Shown here in pieces: positions 54,235-64,000 of a stretch of DNA of 64,000 nt. The notes beneath the pieces were generated by a model, which had not been told where the DNA came from, did no database searches, and saw nothing but the letters and a program-made list of their open reading frames with translations. The first letter of the stretch is position 1. Each line of letters begins with the position of its first letter. The stretch is from Fidelibacterota bacterium SCGC AAA298-D23 (GTDB lineage Bacteria; Fidelibacterota; Marinisomatia; Marinisomatales; Marinisomataceae). Made by a program: the position numbers and the translations under genes. The stretch lies in the NCBI GenBank assembly GCA_000402655.1, contig AQSI01000002.1, forward strand, positions 83,720-147,719. Direction: 5' to 3'.

Positions 54235-56080
54235 CCGTAGCAACTTTTGGTAAATCTTTAGCATTATACATAGCATCAATTTCTGCTTTATGTTTTTCTA
54301 TAACAACTTTTCGCTTAATCGACATTTTTGGAGTTAATTCCCCTTTATCAACAGTCCATTCTTCAGCGATTAGGACAAATTTTCTAACTGATTCATATCT
54401 AGAAAAATTGGTCATAACTGTCTTAACAATCGCATCGTAATGCTCGTATGTTTGATCATGTGCACAAAGAGCATCATAATCTAAACTTGCTAAGCCTTGT
54501 TCTTCAGCCCAAGCTAAAAGATTCTCTTTGCTTGGAACTATTAAAGCTGAAATAAAATTTCTATCATCGCCAACAATATTACATTGCTCAATATATTTGT
54601 TTGATGTAAGTGACACCTCCATAGGTTGAGGAGCAACATTTTTACCCCCAGATGTTACAATTAAACTCTTTTTTCTATCTGTAATTCGCAACAAACCATC
54701 TTCATCAAATTCACCAATATCTCCTGAATGAAACCATCCATCGATAATTGCTTCATTAGTAGCTTCTTCATTTTTGTAATAACCCATCATAACATTATGA
54801 CCTCTACATACAATTTCACCATCAGGTTGGATTTTTACTTCAACTCCAGGTATTGGTTTTCCAACAGTTCCAAATTTAAAGAAGTCTGAATGTCCAACTG
54901 TCATTACTGGACTAGTTTCAGTTAGTCCATATCCTTCGATTATCGTAATACCAATTCCACAGAAAAATGAACCCACTTCTTTTGATAATGCAGATCCTCC
55001 AGAAGAACATGCTCTGACTTTTCCACCCAAGGCAGCCCTAAATTTGTTAAGTACTAACTTATCAGCAATCTTATATTTTAGTCCAAGCATAAATGGTAAA
55101 TCTTGACTTTTTTGACGATAAGGAACTGTTTGTAAGCCAACAGCAATCGACCAGTCGGCAAGCTTTCTTTTGACACCAGTCATTGTTGATACAGAATCTA
55201 AAATTTTAGCATGAATTTTTTCAAAAATTCTTGGTACTGCTGTTAAAAAAGTTGGTCGAACTTCTCTAATATTTTCAAAAAGAATTTCTGGAGTAAAATT
55301 CATTTCAGCGTAATAAATAGATGTTCCAATGCTAAATATATAATAGTGACCTCCAACTCTTTCAAAACTATGACTTATAGGTAAGAACGAAACAAATCTT
55401 TCTATTCCATCAGCTGGTTTTAATTCAGGGTTGAGCTCCATGGCAGCTTCCATGTTGCCGTTGATAGAAAGTAGATTATTGCAAATATTAGAATGGCTAA
55501 GCATAACTCCTTTTGGATTTCCTGTTGTTCCACTAGTATAAATGAGGGTTAATAAATCATTTTCTTCAACAGTTGCAGAAATTGCTTTAATATCATGCTG
55601 AGTATCTTTCATATTGAATACATCATTAAATTTGATAATATTCTCTTTTCCACCATTATAATTATTATCCATAATTATAATTGTGTGCAAATTGGAATTT
55701 GCATCATTAATAAGTGGGTAAACTTTGTCTAACTGCACCTCATCTTGAACAATAGCAATTTTACTCTCTGAGTGCATTACAACATATTGAGATTGAGCTG
55801 GAATTAGAGTTGGATAAACTGGAACAGATACAGCTCTAATATGAGCAATTGCATAATCAGATATTGACCATTTACGGGAATTTGCGCCAATAATTGCAAC
55901 TTTATCATTATCGTTTATTCCTAAATTTTTTAATCCATTTGCAAAATCTTCAACCATCACTTGAAGATCAGCTAATTCTATACCCTCCCAGCCGTTTTCA
56001 GTTTTTGTATAAAAAGTTTTTAAGGAAGGTTTTTCACTTACTACATGTTGAAACATCTGTGGTACTGTTTTGAATGACAC
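54209..56080 (-). CDS. Long-chain acyl-CoA ligase (AMP-forming)
   Basis: 623 aa with the AMP-binding motif YTSGTTGNPKGVMLSH, GYGLTET and the C-terminal TPKMSIKR. Confidence 0.88.
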   Translation of the reverse strand: MSFKTVPQMFQHVVSEKPSLKTFYTKTENGWEGIELADLQVMVEDFANGLKNLGINDNDKVAIIGANSRKWSISDYAIAHIRAVSVPVYPTLIPAQSQYVVMHSESKIAIVQDEVQLDKVYPLINDANSNLHTIIIMDNNYNGGKENIIKFNDVFNMKDTQHDIKAISATVEENDLLTLIYTSGTTGNPKGVMLSHSNICNNLLSINGNMEAAMELNPELKPADGIERFVSFLPISHSFERVGGHYYIFSIGTSIYYAEMNFTPEILFENIREVRPTFLTAVPRIFEKIHAKILDSVSTMTGVKRKLADWSIAVGLQTVPYRQKSQDLPFMLGLKYKIADKLVLNKFRAALGGKVRACSSGGSALSKEVGSFFCGIGITIIEGYGLTETSPVMTVGHSDFFKFGTVGKPIPGVEVKIQPDGEIVCRGHNVMMGYYKNEEATNEAIIDGWFHSGDIGEFDEDGLLRITDRKKSLIVTSGGKNVAPQPMEVSLTSNKYIEQCNIVGDDRNFISALIVPSKENLLAWAEEQGLASLDYDALCAHDQTYEHYDAIVKTVMTNFSRYESVRKFVLIAEEWTVDKGELTPKMSIKRKVVIEKHKAEIDAMYNAKDLPKVATDDEGQLFG

Positions 56081-56147
56081 TTTAAACTCCTTTTAATATT
56101 GGTTATTGACAAACTACATACTTTATCTGAAATTTGTCAACATCTTT

Positions 56148-56231
56148 GCCGGGGTGGCGGAATTGGTAGACGCGCTGGTCTCAAACACCAGTGAGAGTAA
56201 TCTCATGTCGGTTCGAGCCCGACCCTCGGTA
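56148..56231 (+). tRNA. tRNA-Leu (anticodon CAA)
   Basis: It folds by hand into a cloverleaf: acceptor GCCGGGG/CCTCGGT (two G-U pairs), D-arm GCGGAATTGGTAGACGC, anticodon stem-loop CTGGT-CTCAAAC-ACCAG, a long variable arm and T-arm GTCGG-TTCGAGC-CCGAC. CCA is not encoded. Confidence 0.85.
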
Positions 56232-56232
56232 C

Positions 56233-56263
56233 AAAAAAAGGGCTTAAAAAAGCCCTTTTTTTT
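56233..56263. terminator. Bidirectional terminator after tRNA-Leu
   Basis: AAAAAAAGGGCTT-AAAA-AAGCCCTTTTTTTT. Confidence 0.8.
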
Positions 56264-56280
56264 AAAAAAACAATTATCAC

Positions 56281-56757
56281 TTACTCCTCTTCTGGAGGGA
56301 AGACCTCATTATTAAGAGCTTTTAGCTGCTTCTTAATATCAGACAAATCTCTTCTCGTTCTACGTTTTTCAGAATCAAAATTATCTTCTAAACCTTCAAG
56401 ATCACGTTGAACATTTTTAATTCTTTTAGTTAAGTCTCTATCAACCCTTTTTATTTCATAAGCTAAATCATCAATTAAATTTCCAAGAGAGTCAGCTTTA
56501 GCATAAATTAGTTTTGTGTTAGCTAAAATCATATCTTGACCTCTTTTAATTTCTTTACCTTGTCCAATATTTTCTAACTCAACTGCTTTAACTCTTTGTT
56601 TAAATTCTTTATTAACCATATCAACATGCTCTGCTTGTTCACTTCTTAATTGTGCCATTTCATCCATAGCTGAACCATATTGTATTAAAGAAAAACCTAC
56701 TGCTAGAGTTAAGGCAAGAACAACAACGCTTAAAATTTTTTCTGTACTAGATAACAT
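56281..56757 (-). CDS. Membrane-anchored coiled-coil protein, unknown function
   Basis: 158 aa with an N-terminal TM helix followed by a charged heptad-like sequence. Confidence 0.6.
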   Translation of the reverse strand: MLSSTEKILSVVVLALTLAVGFSLIQYGSAMDEMAQLRSEQAEHVDMVNKEFKQRVKAVELENIGQGKEIKRGQDMILANTKLIYAKADSLGNLIDDLAYEIKRVDRDLTKRIKNVQRDLEGLEDNFDSEKRRTRRDLSDIKKQLKALNNEVFPPEEE

Positions 56758-56830
56758 AATTTAAATACCTCAATTGTTTTTTTAGTCCACTGAAACTAAT
56801 GAATGAAATATCAATATGAAAACATTTTTT

Positions 56831-57805
56831 TTATTTGGGGATATTTCCAATTCTAGAAAGTCTAGGTAAATAATTATCTAAATCTAATGAAAACCAAGTG
56901 ACCACTGGCTGTCCAAGAACATGACTTTTAGGAACTAAACCCCAAAATCTCGAATCCTCGCTATTATCCCTATTATCTCCCATCATCCAAAAATAATCTT
57001 GCTTCAAAGTATATGTATTTATTTCACTTATATCTTTATCATTTATTTTTAAATATTTTAAGTATTCTTTTTTCATTAACGACATCCATGGATTAATTAA
57101 TGAAGCATTAGGTTGGGGAACATAATTATCAAATACTTTTCTATCACCCGTTCTTCTAAACAGGTCATACGGATCTTCGTTGGTAAATATTAGCTTTTGA
57201 TCGTTAACAACCAATTCAACTTTATTCCCTTCAAATAATAGTAAAGGAATAATTAGCTCCCAATTCATATCTTCGTTGATTATAAATGTATCACCTTTTT
57301 TAGGAATTTGAAGCTCTTTCATATTATCTTTATTTCCAAGATTCATAAATATACTGTCATCAATATAGGATTCTGATGAGGGTTCTTGAGATAAAAATTG
57401 ACCACCTTCAGGTAATAAATACTCTTCATTATTAACAAACACTTTTCGATTTTCAATTCTAACATTATCACCAGGCAAACCGATACATCTTTTTACATAT
57501 TTATATACATTATCTCTAGGATATTCGAAAACTACTACATCTCCTCTTTCTACATCTTTAAATGCAGGAAATCTATAATCAGGAAGAAATGTAGGAATAC
57601 TTACAGCTGTAAATGGAACCCAAATTTTTTGAGGAACTTTCATACCATAGATGTATCTACTTCCAACAAGCATGTCTCCTCTTAATATATTCTTTTCCAT
57701 ACTACTTGTTGGCACTATATATAGCTCTACAACCGTTTCTTTTAAGAAAAGGATGGCCAAGATTAAAACAGAAAGTGATTTTATTTCTTTAATAAAGTTT
57801 TGCAT
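56831..57805 (-). CDS. lepB: Signal peptidase I
   Basis: 324 aa with the catalytic Ser box PTSSMEKNILRGD and the GDNRDNSEDSRFWG box. Confidence 0.9.
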   Translation of the reverse strand: MQNFIKEIKSLSVLILAILFLKETVVELYIVPTSSMEKNILRGDMLVGSRYIYGMKVPQKIWVPFTAVSIPTFLPDYRFPAFKDVERGDVVVFEYPRDNVYKYVKRCIGLPGDNVRIENRKVFVNNEEYLLPEGGQFLSQEPSSESYIDDSIFMNLGNKDNMKELQIPKKGDTFIINEDMNWELIIPLLLFEGNKVELVVNDQKLIFTNEDPYDLFRRTGDRKVFDNYVPQPNASLINPWMSLMKKEYLKYLKINDKDISEINTYTLKQDYFWMMGDNRDNSEDSRFWGLVPKSHVLGQPVVTWFSLDLDNYLPRLSRIGNIPK

Positions 57806-58356
57806 TATTTAATATTAGATGATATTGGTTTGAAGGTTAGTCTGTGAATTGGTGTAAATGAGTATTTTTTTAATGCTTCTAAATGTTTTTTTGTTCCGTA
57901 TCCATTATTTGATTTAAAATCATATTCTGGATAAATATAATGAAACGATCGCATTATTTCATCTCTTGTTACTTTTGCAATAATTGAGGCAGCCATAATT
58001 TGATGATATTTTTGATCGCCTTTTATAATACCCTCATTTTCAATTTGGATGTCTAATGAAAATCCATCAACTAAAACTTTATCTGGCCTCACTTTTAATG
58101 AGCTTATTGCATCTTTCATAGCATCTTCAGATGCTACTTTAATATTATGCTTATCAATATAGTCATTCCACTTCATTCCAACTGCAACTGAGGTAGCATT
58201 CTCTAAAATCTCGCTATATAAAACTTCTCTTTTCCTTTTTGACAATTTCTTAGAATCGTTTAGTGAATTAATAGAATCATTTAAAATTACTGCTGCAGCT
58301 ACCACCGGACCAGCTAAACAGCCTCTACCTACTTCATCTACACCCGCGATAATCAT
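57805..58356 (-). CDS. rnhB: Ribonuclease HII
   Basis: 183 aa with IAGVDEVGRGCLAGPVVAAAV. Confidence 0.92.
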   Translation of the reverse strand: MIIAGVDEVGRGCLAGPVVAAAVILNDSINSLNDSKKLSKRKREVLYSEILENATSVAVGMKWNDYIDKHNIKVASEDAMKDAISSLKVRPDKVLVDGFSLDIQIENEGIIKGDQKYHQIMAASIIAKVTRDEIMRSFHYIYPEYDFKSNNGYGTKKHLEALKKYSFTPIHRLTFKPISSNIK

Positions 58357-58418
58357 TTTTTAAATTAATAATAAAAAATCAATGTACATCTTTTAAAAAA
58401 AATAATTAATATTTGTTC

Positions 58419-59996
58419 ATGTCAAAAAATCAGTATACGCTTCTAGTTTTTTCAATTATAGGAATTTTACTGTTGATTCCAGGATACGGAGTTCACTTTT
58501 TTGAACAGATTTGGAATTTTCCAGGAAATCTCTTTTCAGATGATTTTAAAGAATCTTTTCCTTTAGCTACAATACCCCTAATGGTTATTTCTCTTTTAGG
58601 AACTGGTATGTATATGACGTTTAAACTAGGATTTCCTCAATTGACTCGTATAATACATGGTATTAAAGTTACTCGCGGTGATTACGATAGTACGGAAGAT
58701 GAAGGAGACTTAAATCATTTCAAAGCTCTTTCAACTGCTTTAGCAGCTACTGTTGGTATTGGAAATATTGCCGGAGTAGCTATTGCAATTCAAATTGGAG
58801 GTCCAGGTGCATTATTCTGGATGTGGATTACAGCTTTTTTTGGAACTGCTTTAAAGTATGCTGAATGTACTCTTGCTGTTGAATACAGGGAAACAGATTC
58901 ACAAGGAAATACTGCTGGTGGACCAATGTATACTATAGAAAATGGTTTAGGTCCTAAATGGCGATGGTTAGCTGTATTTTTTGCATGTTTTACAATCATT
59001 TGTTCCTTTTTCACAGGAAATGCAATTCAATCGAATACACTTACACAACAACTTTACAGTCAGCTAGCTTCTATTTTTGGAACAGATAATTTTTTGATGT
59101 CTACGACAGATGTTGCTTTGTTGGGTGATATTTCAAGTATATCTATAATGCATGTTGCTATTGGTTTAGTTTGTGCATCTATCGTAGGGTCAGTTATTTT
59201 AGGTGGTATAAAAAGAATTGGTAATTTTACAAGTTTTCTTGTTCCAATTATGGCTGCAATTTATGTTTTTTGTGCCTTATTCATTGTAATTACAAATTTT
59301 GATCAAGTCGGACATTCTTTCAATACAATATTTACAATGGCTTTTAATCCACCGTCCTTGTTAGTTCCTGCCACAGGTGTTGCTTCAGGTGCATTTATAG
59401 CATTTTTAAATACAATGTTAATGGGTGTCAAAAGAGGTTTATTCTCAAGTGAATCTGGTCAAGGTTCAGCTGCTATTGCTCATTCAACAGCTAAAACACC
59501 ATATTCAACAAGAGAAGGTGTTGTAGCATTATTAGAGCCATATATTGATACAATAATAATTTGTACTTTAACTGGTTTAGTAATTATGGTAACTGGTTCA
59601 TGGAAATTTACCGAGTTTTATTCCTTAAGAATTGATTCATCAATTGTTGAATTAAAAGAAGGTGTATTACTTACTAGCTTTGCCTTTTCTCAAGGAATTC
59701 CATTTGGTAGTGAAATGGTTACAATTGCTGTAGTTCTCTTTGCTCTTTCAACTGCTATTAGTTGGTCATTTTATGGAGATAGAGCAACTGAGTATTTATT
59801 TGGGTCTAGTTATATTAAATATTATAGATATATTTATGTATTGATGGTTTTTTTTGGTTCTTTATTGACTTTAAAACAAGTTTGGAATCTTGGTGATGCT
59901 GCCCTAGCTTTTATGACTTTTCCTAACCTAATTGCGATTATTCTTTTAAGTACAAAATTAAAAGAAATTTCATCTAGATACTTTGAAAAGTACTAA
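58419..59996 (+). CDS. Alanine/glycine:cation symporter (AGCS family)
   Basis: It has the ALSTALAATVGIGNIAGVAIAIQIGGPGALFWMW signature and about 11 TM segments. I prefer ATG 58419 over TTG 58413. Confidence 0.88.
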   Translation: MSKNQYTLLVFSIIGILLLIPGYGVHFFEQIWNFPGNLFSDDFKESFPLATIPLMVISLLGTGMYMTFKLGFPQLTRIIHGIKVTRGDYDSTEDEGDLNHFKALSTALAATVGIGNIAGVAIAIQIGGPGALFWMWITAFFGTALKYAECTLAVEYRETDSQGNTAGGPMYTIENGLGPKWRWLAVFFACFTIICSFFTGNAIQSNTLTQQLYSQLASIFGTDNFLMSTTDVALLGDISSISIMHVAIGLVCASIVGSVILGGIKRIGNFTSFLVPIMAAIYVFCALFIVITNFDQVGHSFNTIFTMAFNPPSLLVPATGVASGAFIAFLNTMLMGVKRGLFSSESGQGSAAIAHSTAKTPYSTREGVVALLEPYIDTIIICTLTGLVIMVTGSWKFTEFYSLRIDSSIVELKEGVLLTSFAFSQGIPFGSEMVTIAVVLFALSTAISWSFYGDRATEYLFGSSYIKYYRYIYVLMVFFGSLLTLKQVWNLGDAALAFMTFPNLIAIILLSTKLKEISSRYFEKY

Positions 59997-60765
59997 TCAC
60001 ATCCTTGATATTGCCTTAGAAATTTCAGATCAGGCTGCTGAACTTATTCGTTTATCTTCTCAAAAAATTAAATCTTTCAAGTCAAAGGGAGAAGTTTCAA
60101 ATCTTGTAACTCAAACTGATATTGAAGTTGATAAACTTATAGCTGGAAAAATTAAAGAATCTTTCCCTGAACATAATGTGGTTTCAGAAGAATTAGGATC
60201 AAAAAATTTAAGCTCGGAGTATACATGGTATATAGATCCAATTGATGGTACCAATAATTTTGTACATAATTATCCTTCTTTTGCTGTTTCTATTGGTGTT
60301 TATTTAAGAAGTAAACCAATAGTCGGAGTTGTTTATGACATTCCAAATAATGAAAAATTTTTTGCTTTAAAAGATGGTGGTTCTTTTAGTAATGATTCTA
60401 AAATATCAGTTTCAAATAAAGATCGTTTTAGCGAAGGTTTGTACGTTACCGGTTTTATACCATATGATGAAAATTATATTGAAAAAAATTTGCAAGTTAT
60501 AAAGAACATAAATCTTAATTCTCACGGGGTAAGAAGATTAGGAGCAGCTTCCTTAGATATGTGTCATGTAGCAAAAGGTATTGTTGAAGGTTTTTGGGAA
60601 TACAATTTACAGCCATGGGATACAGCAGCCGGTAATATTATCGTTACTGAAGCAGGTGGCACTGTTTCAAATGAGAACGGAAGTCAATATAATTTTGATA
60701 AATGTATAGTTGTATCAAACAATAAAGTGCATAAAGATTTTTTAAAAATTATTAATGAATCTTAA
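59983..60765 (+). CDS. Inositol monophosphatase family protein
   Basis: 260 aa with [12 protein letters not shown] and WDTAAG motifs and a TTG start. Confidence 0.85.
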   Translation: MKSTNHILDIALEISDQAAELIRLSSQKIKSFKSKGEVSNLVTQTDIEVDKLIAGKIKESFPEHNVVSEELGSKNLSSEYTWYIDPIDGTNNFVHNYPSFAVSIGVYLRSKPIVGVVYDIPNNEKFFALKDGGSFSNDSKISVSNKDRFSEGLYVTGFIPYDENYIEKNLQVIKNINLNSHGVRRLGAASLDMCHVAKGIVEGFWEYNLQPWDTAAGNIIVTEAGGTVSNENGSQYNFDKCIVVSNNKVHKDFLKIINES

Positions 60766-61751
60766 CTCAGTTCTAAATAATCTTTAACATCAGATAATAC
60801 GCTCTTCATAAGTTTATCATCTGTTTCAAGTAAAGTTTTAACCTTTTCACGTCCTTGAGCAATCTTTTCACCTTTGTAAGAGAACCAGGATCCCATTTTT
60901 TCAACAACGCCTCCCTGTAAAGCTAAATCAAGTAAATCTCCAGCATATGAAATTCCTTTACCGTACATGATATCAAATTCTGTCATTTTAAAAGGTGGAG
61001 CTACTTTATTCTTTACAACTTTTACTCTGGTTCTATTTCCAGTCATATCAGTTCCTTCTTTAATAGCAGCTATTCTTCTAATATCCAATCTTACTGATGA
61101 ATAAAATTTTAATGCTCTTCCTCCTGGAGTAGTTTCTGGACTACCAAACATTACACCAATTTTTTCTCTAATTTGATTAATAAAAACTACACATGTTCTG
61201 GATTTATTTATTGGACCAGAAAGCTTTCTGAGAGCTTGTGACATCAACCTTGCCTGCAAACCAACGGTAACATCACCAATTTGTCCATCAAGCTCAGCTT
61301 TTGGCACTAATGCTGCTACAGAGTCAATAACAATAACATCCAAGGCAGCTGTTTCTAACAACTTTTGAAGAATATCGAGTGCTTGCTCTCCAGAATCTGG
61401 CTGAGAAACCAATAAGTCTTCAGCATTACATCCAAGATTTTTTGCATATTCAGGATCTAATGCATTTTCTGCATCAATGAATGCTGCTTTTCCACCATTT
61501 TTTTGACATTCAGCAACAATGTGTAAAGCCAGAGTAGTTTTTCCAGAAGATTCAGGACCAAATACTTCAATAATTCTTCCTTTTGGTACACCACCAACAC
61601 CTAGAGCCATGTCTAATGAAAGACACCCAGTTGAAATTGCTTCAACATCAAGAGTAGCGGTTCCACCCAATCTCATGATAGAGCCATCTCCATACTCTTT
61701 ATTAATATCTAATTGAACTGCTTCTAACGCTTTATCTACATTTTTTGCCAT
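60762..61751 (-). CDS. recA: Recombinase A
   Basis: 329 aa with Walker [30 protein letters not shown] and [22 protein letters not shown]. Confidence 0.97.
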   Translation of the reverse strand: MAKNVDKALEAVQLDINKEYGDGSIMRLGGTATLDVEAISTGCLSLDMALGVGGVPKGRIIEVFGPESSGKTTLALHIVAECQKNGGKAAFIDAENALDPEYAKNLGCNAEDLLVSQPDSGEQALDILQKLLETAALDVIVIDSVAALVPKAELDGQIGDVTVGLQARLMSQALRKLSGPINKSRTCVVFINQIREKIGVMFGSPETTPGGRALKFYSSVRLDIRRIAAIKEGTDMTGNRTRVKVVKNKVAPPFKMTEFDIMYGKGISYAGDLLDLALQGGVVEKMGSWFSYKGEKIAQGREKVKTLLETDDKLMKSVLSDVKDYLELS

Positions 61752-61770
61752 TATGACTTTCCTTTGATTT

Positions 61771-63051
61771 TTATGAATTTCTTAAAATTTTTCGTATTTC
61801 ATTAAGACACAAGGTAACAGTTAATTCACGATTTGTGATTCTGTCAGGTGTTAAATTATACTTCTTAATATATAAATTATTTTTGTAAAATATTCCAACA
61901 AATACTAATCCAACTGGTTTTTTTTCTGTCCCACCATCTGGGCCAGCTATTCCCGTAATTCCAATTCCCAAATCAGTATTATTTTTTTGAGCAATATTTT
62001 TTGCTAAAGATTTTGCAACTTCCTCGCTTACAGCGCCATACCTTTCAATCAAATCCTTATCGATGCCGATGTCATTAATTTTTAACTCATTACTATAACA
62101 AACACTTCCACCTTTAAAATACTGTGAGCTTCCAGGCACATCTGTTAATCTTGAAGCTAGTAAACCTGAAGTACATGACTCAGCCGTACTTATTGTAAGA
62201 TTATTTTTAATAAGAAGATCTGCTATTACTTGCTCTAACTTATCGTTATCATAACCATAGACATATTTTTTTATCCTTGGAACTATCTCATTAATTAAAT
62301 CTTCAACCAATTGATTATTTGACGATGTTAAACGTATATCAACTCCTAACATTCTGTGAGGTAAGAACGCAATATCACATTTTTCATTATTAGCATTGAT
62401 TATATCAGTAATCTTTTCTTGAAGAATGGACTCGGGAACTCCTGTAGTTCTAATGCTTTTACAAACAACCTTATTTTTTAAGGATTTTTCAATTTCCGGC
62501 AAAACATAATTTGTAAACATGGATTTCATTTCTTTAGGAACTCCAGGAAGTGCGAAAAAATTAACCTTATTTTTACTACCTTTTATTAAACCCTTAACAC
62601 TTTTTAAAACTGATTGATGTTTTTTTGTATAATGCAACCCTCTTGCAGTACCAACTAAGTTTGGAATCATTATTCCTCTTTTTGATTTGTATGCCTGATT
62701 TTTATTGAGATTTGGCATTTTGAAGTTTAATCTTTTAAATCTTTCAGACAAAATGTCCCAATATTCCTTATCAAATTCATGTGAATCGTCAAAGTATTCA
62801 AGAAATGAAGAAACTGTAATATCATCAACAGTTGGTCCAAGACCTCCTGTAACAATAATTTGATCACACTCCCATTCACTATATTGATTTTCTAACGTAT
62901 CATAAATAACACCTAAATCATCTGGTATAGTATGATGGATATTAACTTTAATTCCTGAAGAAAGTAATTGTTGCCCTATCCAAGCAGCATTACGATCTAA
63001 AGTAAAGCCACTTAATAGCTCATTTCCAATTGTTATAATTCCAACATTCAT
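61771..63051 (-). CDS. cinA: CinA-family protein (MoCF-binding domain plus nicotinamide-nucleotide amidohydrolase PncC domain)
   Basis: 426 aa with the N-terminus [11 protein letters not shown] and the C-terminus [21 protein letters not shown]. It is upstream of recA, as in many bacteria. Confidence 0.88.
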   Translation of the reverse strand: MNVGIITIGNELLSGFTLDRNAAWIGQQLLSSGIKVNIHHTIPDDLGVIYDTLENQYSEWECDQIIVTGGLGPTVDDITVSSFLEYFDDSHEFDKEYWDILSERFKRLNFKMPNLNKNQAYKSKRGIMIPNLVGTARGLHYTKKHQSVLKSVKGLIKGSKNKVNFFALPGVPKEMKSMFTNYVLPEIEKSLKNKVVCKSIRTTGVPESILQEKITDIINANNEKCDIAFLPHRMLGVDIRLTSSNNQLVEDLINEIVPRIKKYVYGYDNDKLEQVIADLLIKNNLTISTAESCTSGLLASRLTDVPGSSQYFKGGSVCYSNELKINDIGIDKDLIERYGAVSEEVAKSLAKNIAQKNNTDLGIGITGIAGPDGGTEKKPVGLVFVGIFYKNNLYIKKYNLTPDRITNRELTVTLCLNEIRKILRNS

Positions 63052-63572
63052 TGCATTACATATAAGTTAACACTTAAAAAAAATATTACAACAATTATGG
63101 ACAAAATTGCTGCCATAATATCATCACCTACAACCCTTATGTATGCTTTTTCCTGTTGATTATTTTCAATCCATCCGACTGGACCAATTTTAGAAATATC
63201 AAAAAATCTAAAGAAAATAAATGTTAGTATGAAAAGCTCTCCTACAGCAGATATTGATTCTATAAAATCAAATGAAAATTGATCAAATATTCTTGTGAAA
63301 ATATAGACTCCAGAAATAGCAATACCCATTCCTATAACTTCATCTAAAACATATTCTTTAGGATCTTCTGAATCAAAGAGTGCAGTTAGCTTTCTGTAGG
63401 CATTTGGACCAATGATTAAAGACAAAAAAGCTATAAATGAGGCCGTTTCTGCGCTTTGTTCATACAATGCAATAATTAATACAAAAAGGGAAGCCCAAGT
63501 GCCTCCTCCTGGAATTTTTCCGATGCCAAACAATGTGGCAAGCTGAACATTAAACCCTTTACTTAAATCCAT
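63048..63572 (-). CDS. pgpA: Phosphatidylglycerophosphatase A
   Basis: It has LATLFGIGKIPGGGTWASL and DDIMAA motifs. I prefer the start at Met 63572. Confidence 0.8.
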   Translation of the reverse strand: MDLSKGFNVQLATLFGIGKIPGGGTWASLFVLIIALYEQSAETASFIAFLSLIIGPNAYRKLTALFDSEDPKEYVLDEVIGMGIAISGVYIFTRIFDQFSFDFIESISAVGELFILTFIFFRFFDISKIGPVGWIENNQQEKAYIRVVGDDIMAAILSIIVVIFFLSVNLYVMQ

Positions 63573-64000
63573 TTTTAACAAAATAATGAATTCCAGTTGC
63601 AGCAGCATAAATTGCATTAATATTTACTATAAAATCAACCACAGCTTGTGATGGATTTACAAGCAATATTATTAAAACCATGCCATGCTGAAATACTGTT
63701 TTTAACTTTCCAAATTTTGATGTTTCAAGCGGTTTATTTTTCGCAATCAAATAGTTTCTATATATCGTTATAATAATATCTCTACCTATAATAATTATAA
63801 AGGGCAAAAACTGTATTATATCTAAAAACAATAATGCTGATAATACTCCTATCATTAAAACTTTATCAGCCAGTGGGTCCATATAATTACCATGACCTGA
63901 AACCAAATCATACCTTCTAGCAATTTTACCATCAGCTAAATCACTAAAACTGCAATATGCAAATATTATACCAGCATAGATAAAGTTATCATTTAAAAGA
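63559..64000 (-). CDS. pgsA: CDP-diacylglycerol--glycerol-3-phosphate 3-phosphatidyltransferase (5' end beyond window)
   Basis: The frame stays open upstream of the track's Met to the window edge (…SDLADGKIARRYDLVSGHGNYMDPLADKVL). This gives the CDP-alcohol phosphatidyltransferase motif DG..AR...G..LDP.ADK. Confidence 0.85.
   Translation of the reverse strand, partial: LLNDNFIYAGIIFAYCSFSDLADGKIARRYDLVSGHGNYMDPLADKVLMIGVLSALLFLDIIQFLPFIIIIGRDIIITIYRNYLIAKNKPLETSKFGKLKTVFQHGMVLIILLVNPSQAVVDFIVNINAIYAAATGIHYFVKNGFK

Noticed and set aside
56106-56134. Promoter for tRNA-Leu (TTGACA at 56106-56111)
   Set aside because: No acceptable -10 hexamer occurs at 16-18 nt spacing (GAAATT at best), so I did not list it as a feature.
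56106-56315. 69-aa ORF in the track
   Set aside because: It is fully explained by tRNA-Leu(CAA) at 56148-56231 plus its terminator, so it is a spurious translation of an RNA gene.

Overview
Gene-dense, low-GC bacterial chromosomal segment (hand-counted stretches range from about 20% to 42% G+C). Most genes have Shine-Dalgarno sequences. The taxon cannot be assigned from sequence alone. The window has two housekeeping blocks flanking an accessory island. Block 1 (1-22.2 kb) holds a TonB-dependent receptor fragment, thrS-infC-rpmI-rplT-pheS-pheT-zapA-folD, DUF885, cutA, rmuC and an HxlR/CDGSH/DoxX/glutaredoxin redox cluster. Block 2 (36.6-64 kb) holds leuS, msrA, ald, nusA-infB-rbfA-truB-ribF-rpsO-pnp, trhO, an acyl-CoA ligase, tRNA-Leu(CAA), lepB-rnhB, an alanine:cation symporter, and recA-cinA-pgpA-pgsA. 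The accessory island (about 22.2-36.6 kb) has no recognisable integrase, transposase or flanking repeat. It has three parts. (a) A higher-GC module encodes a Cys/His-rich protein, a small DUF4258-like protein and a zinc-ribbon protein, preceded by a structured GC-rich leader. (b) After three tandem 35-bp GC-rich repeats comes a very AT-rich seven-gene plus-strand operon. It encodes a paralogous small protein, two ORFans, an 898-aa SF1 (UvrD-like) helicase, a small membrane protein, a GIY-YIG nuclease and a Dam-family methyltransferase. (c) A convergent, translationally coupled five-gene minus-strand operon sits back-to-back with a C5-cytosine methyltransferase. It encodes a BglII-like endonuclease, a PLD-nuclease/DExH-helicase fusion, a 66-aa protein, a DndD-like SMC/ABC ATPase and a DndE-like small protein. 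Part (c) is my best candidate for an undescribed defence system: Dnd-type ATPase and DNA-binding components with a PLD-helicase, but none of the sulfur-insertion genes, wired to a methylation-based restriction-modification pair. All family assignments rest on motifs read by eye and remembered family signatures. No database search was possible.
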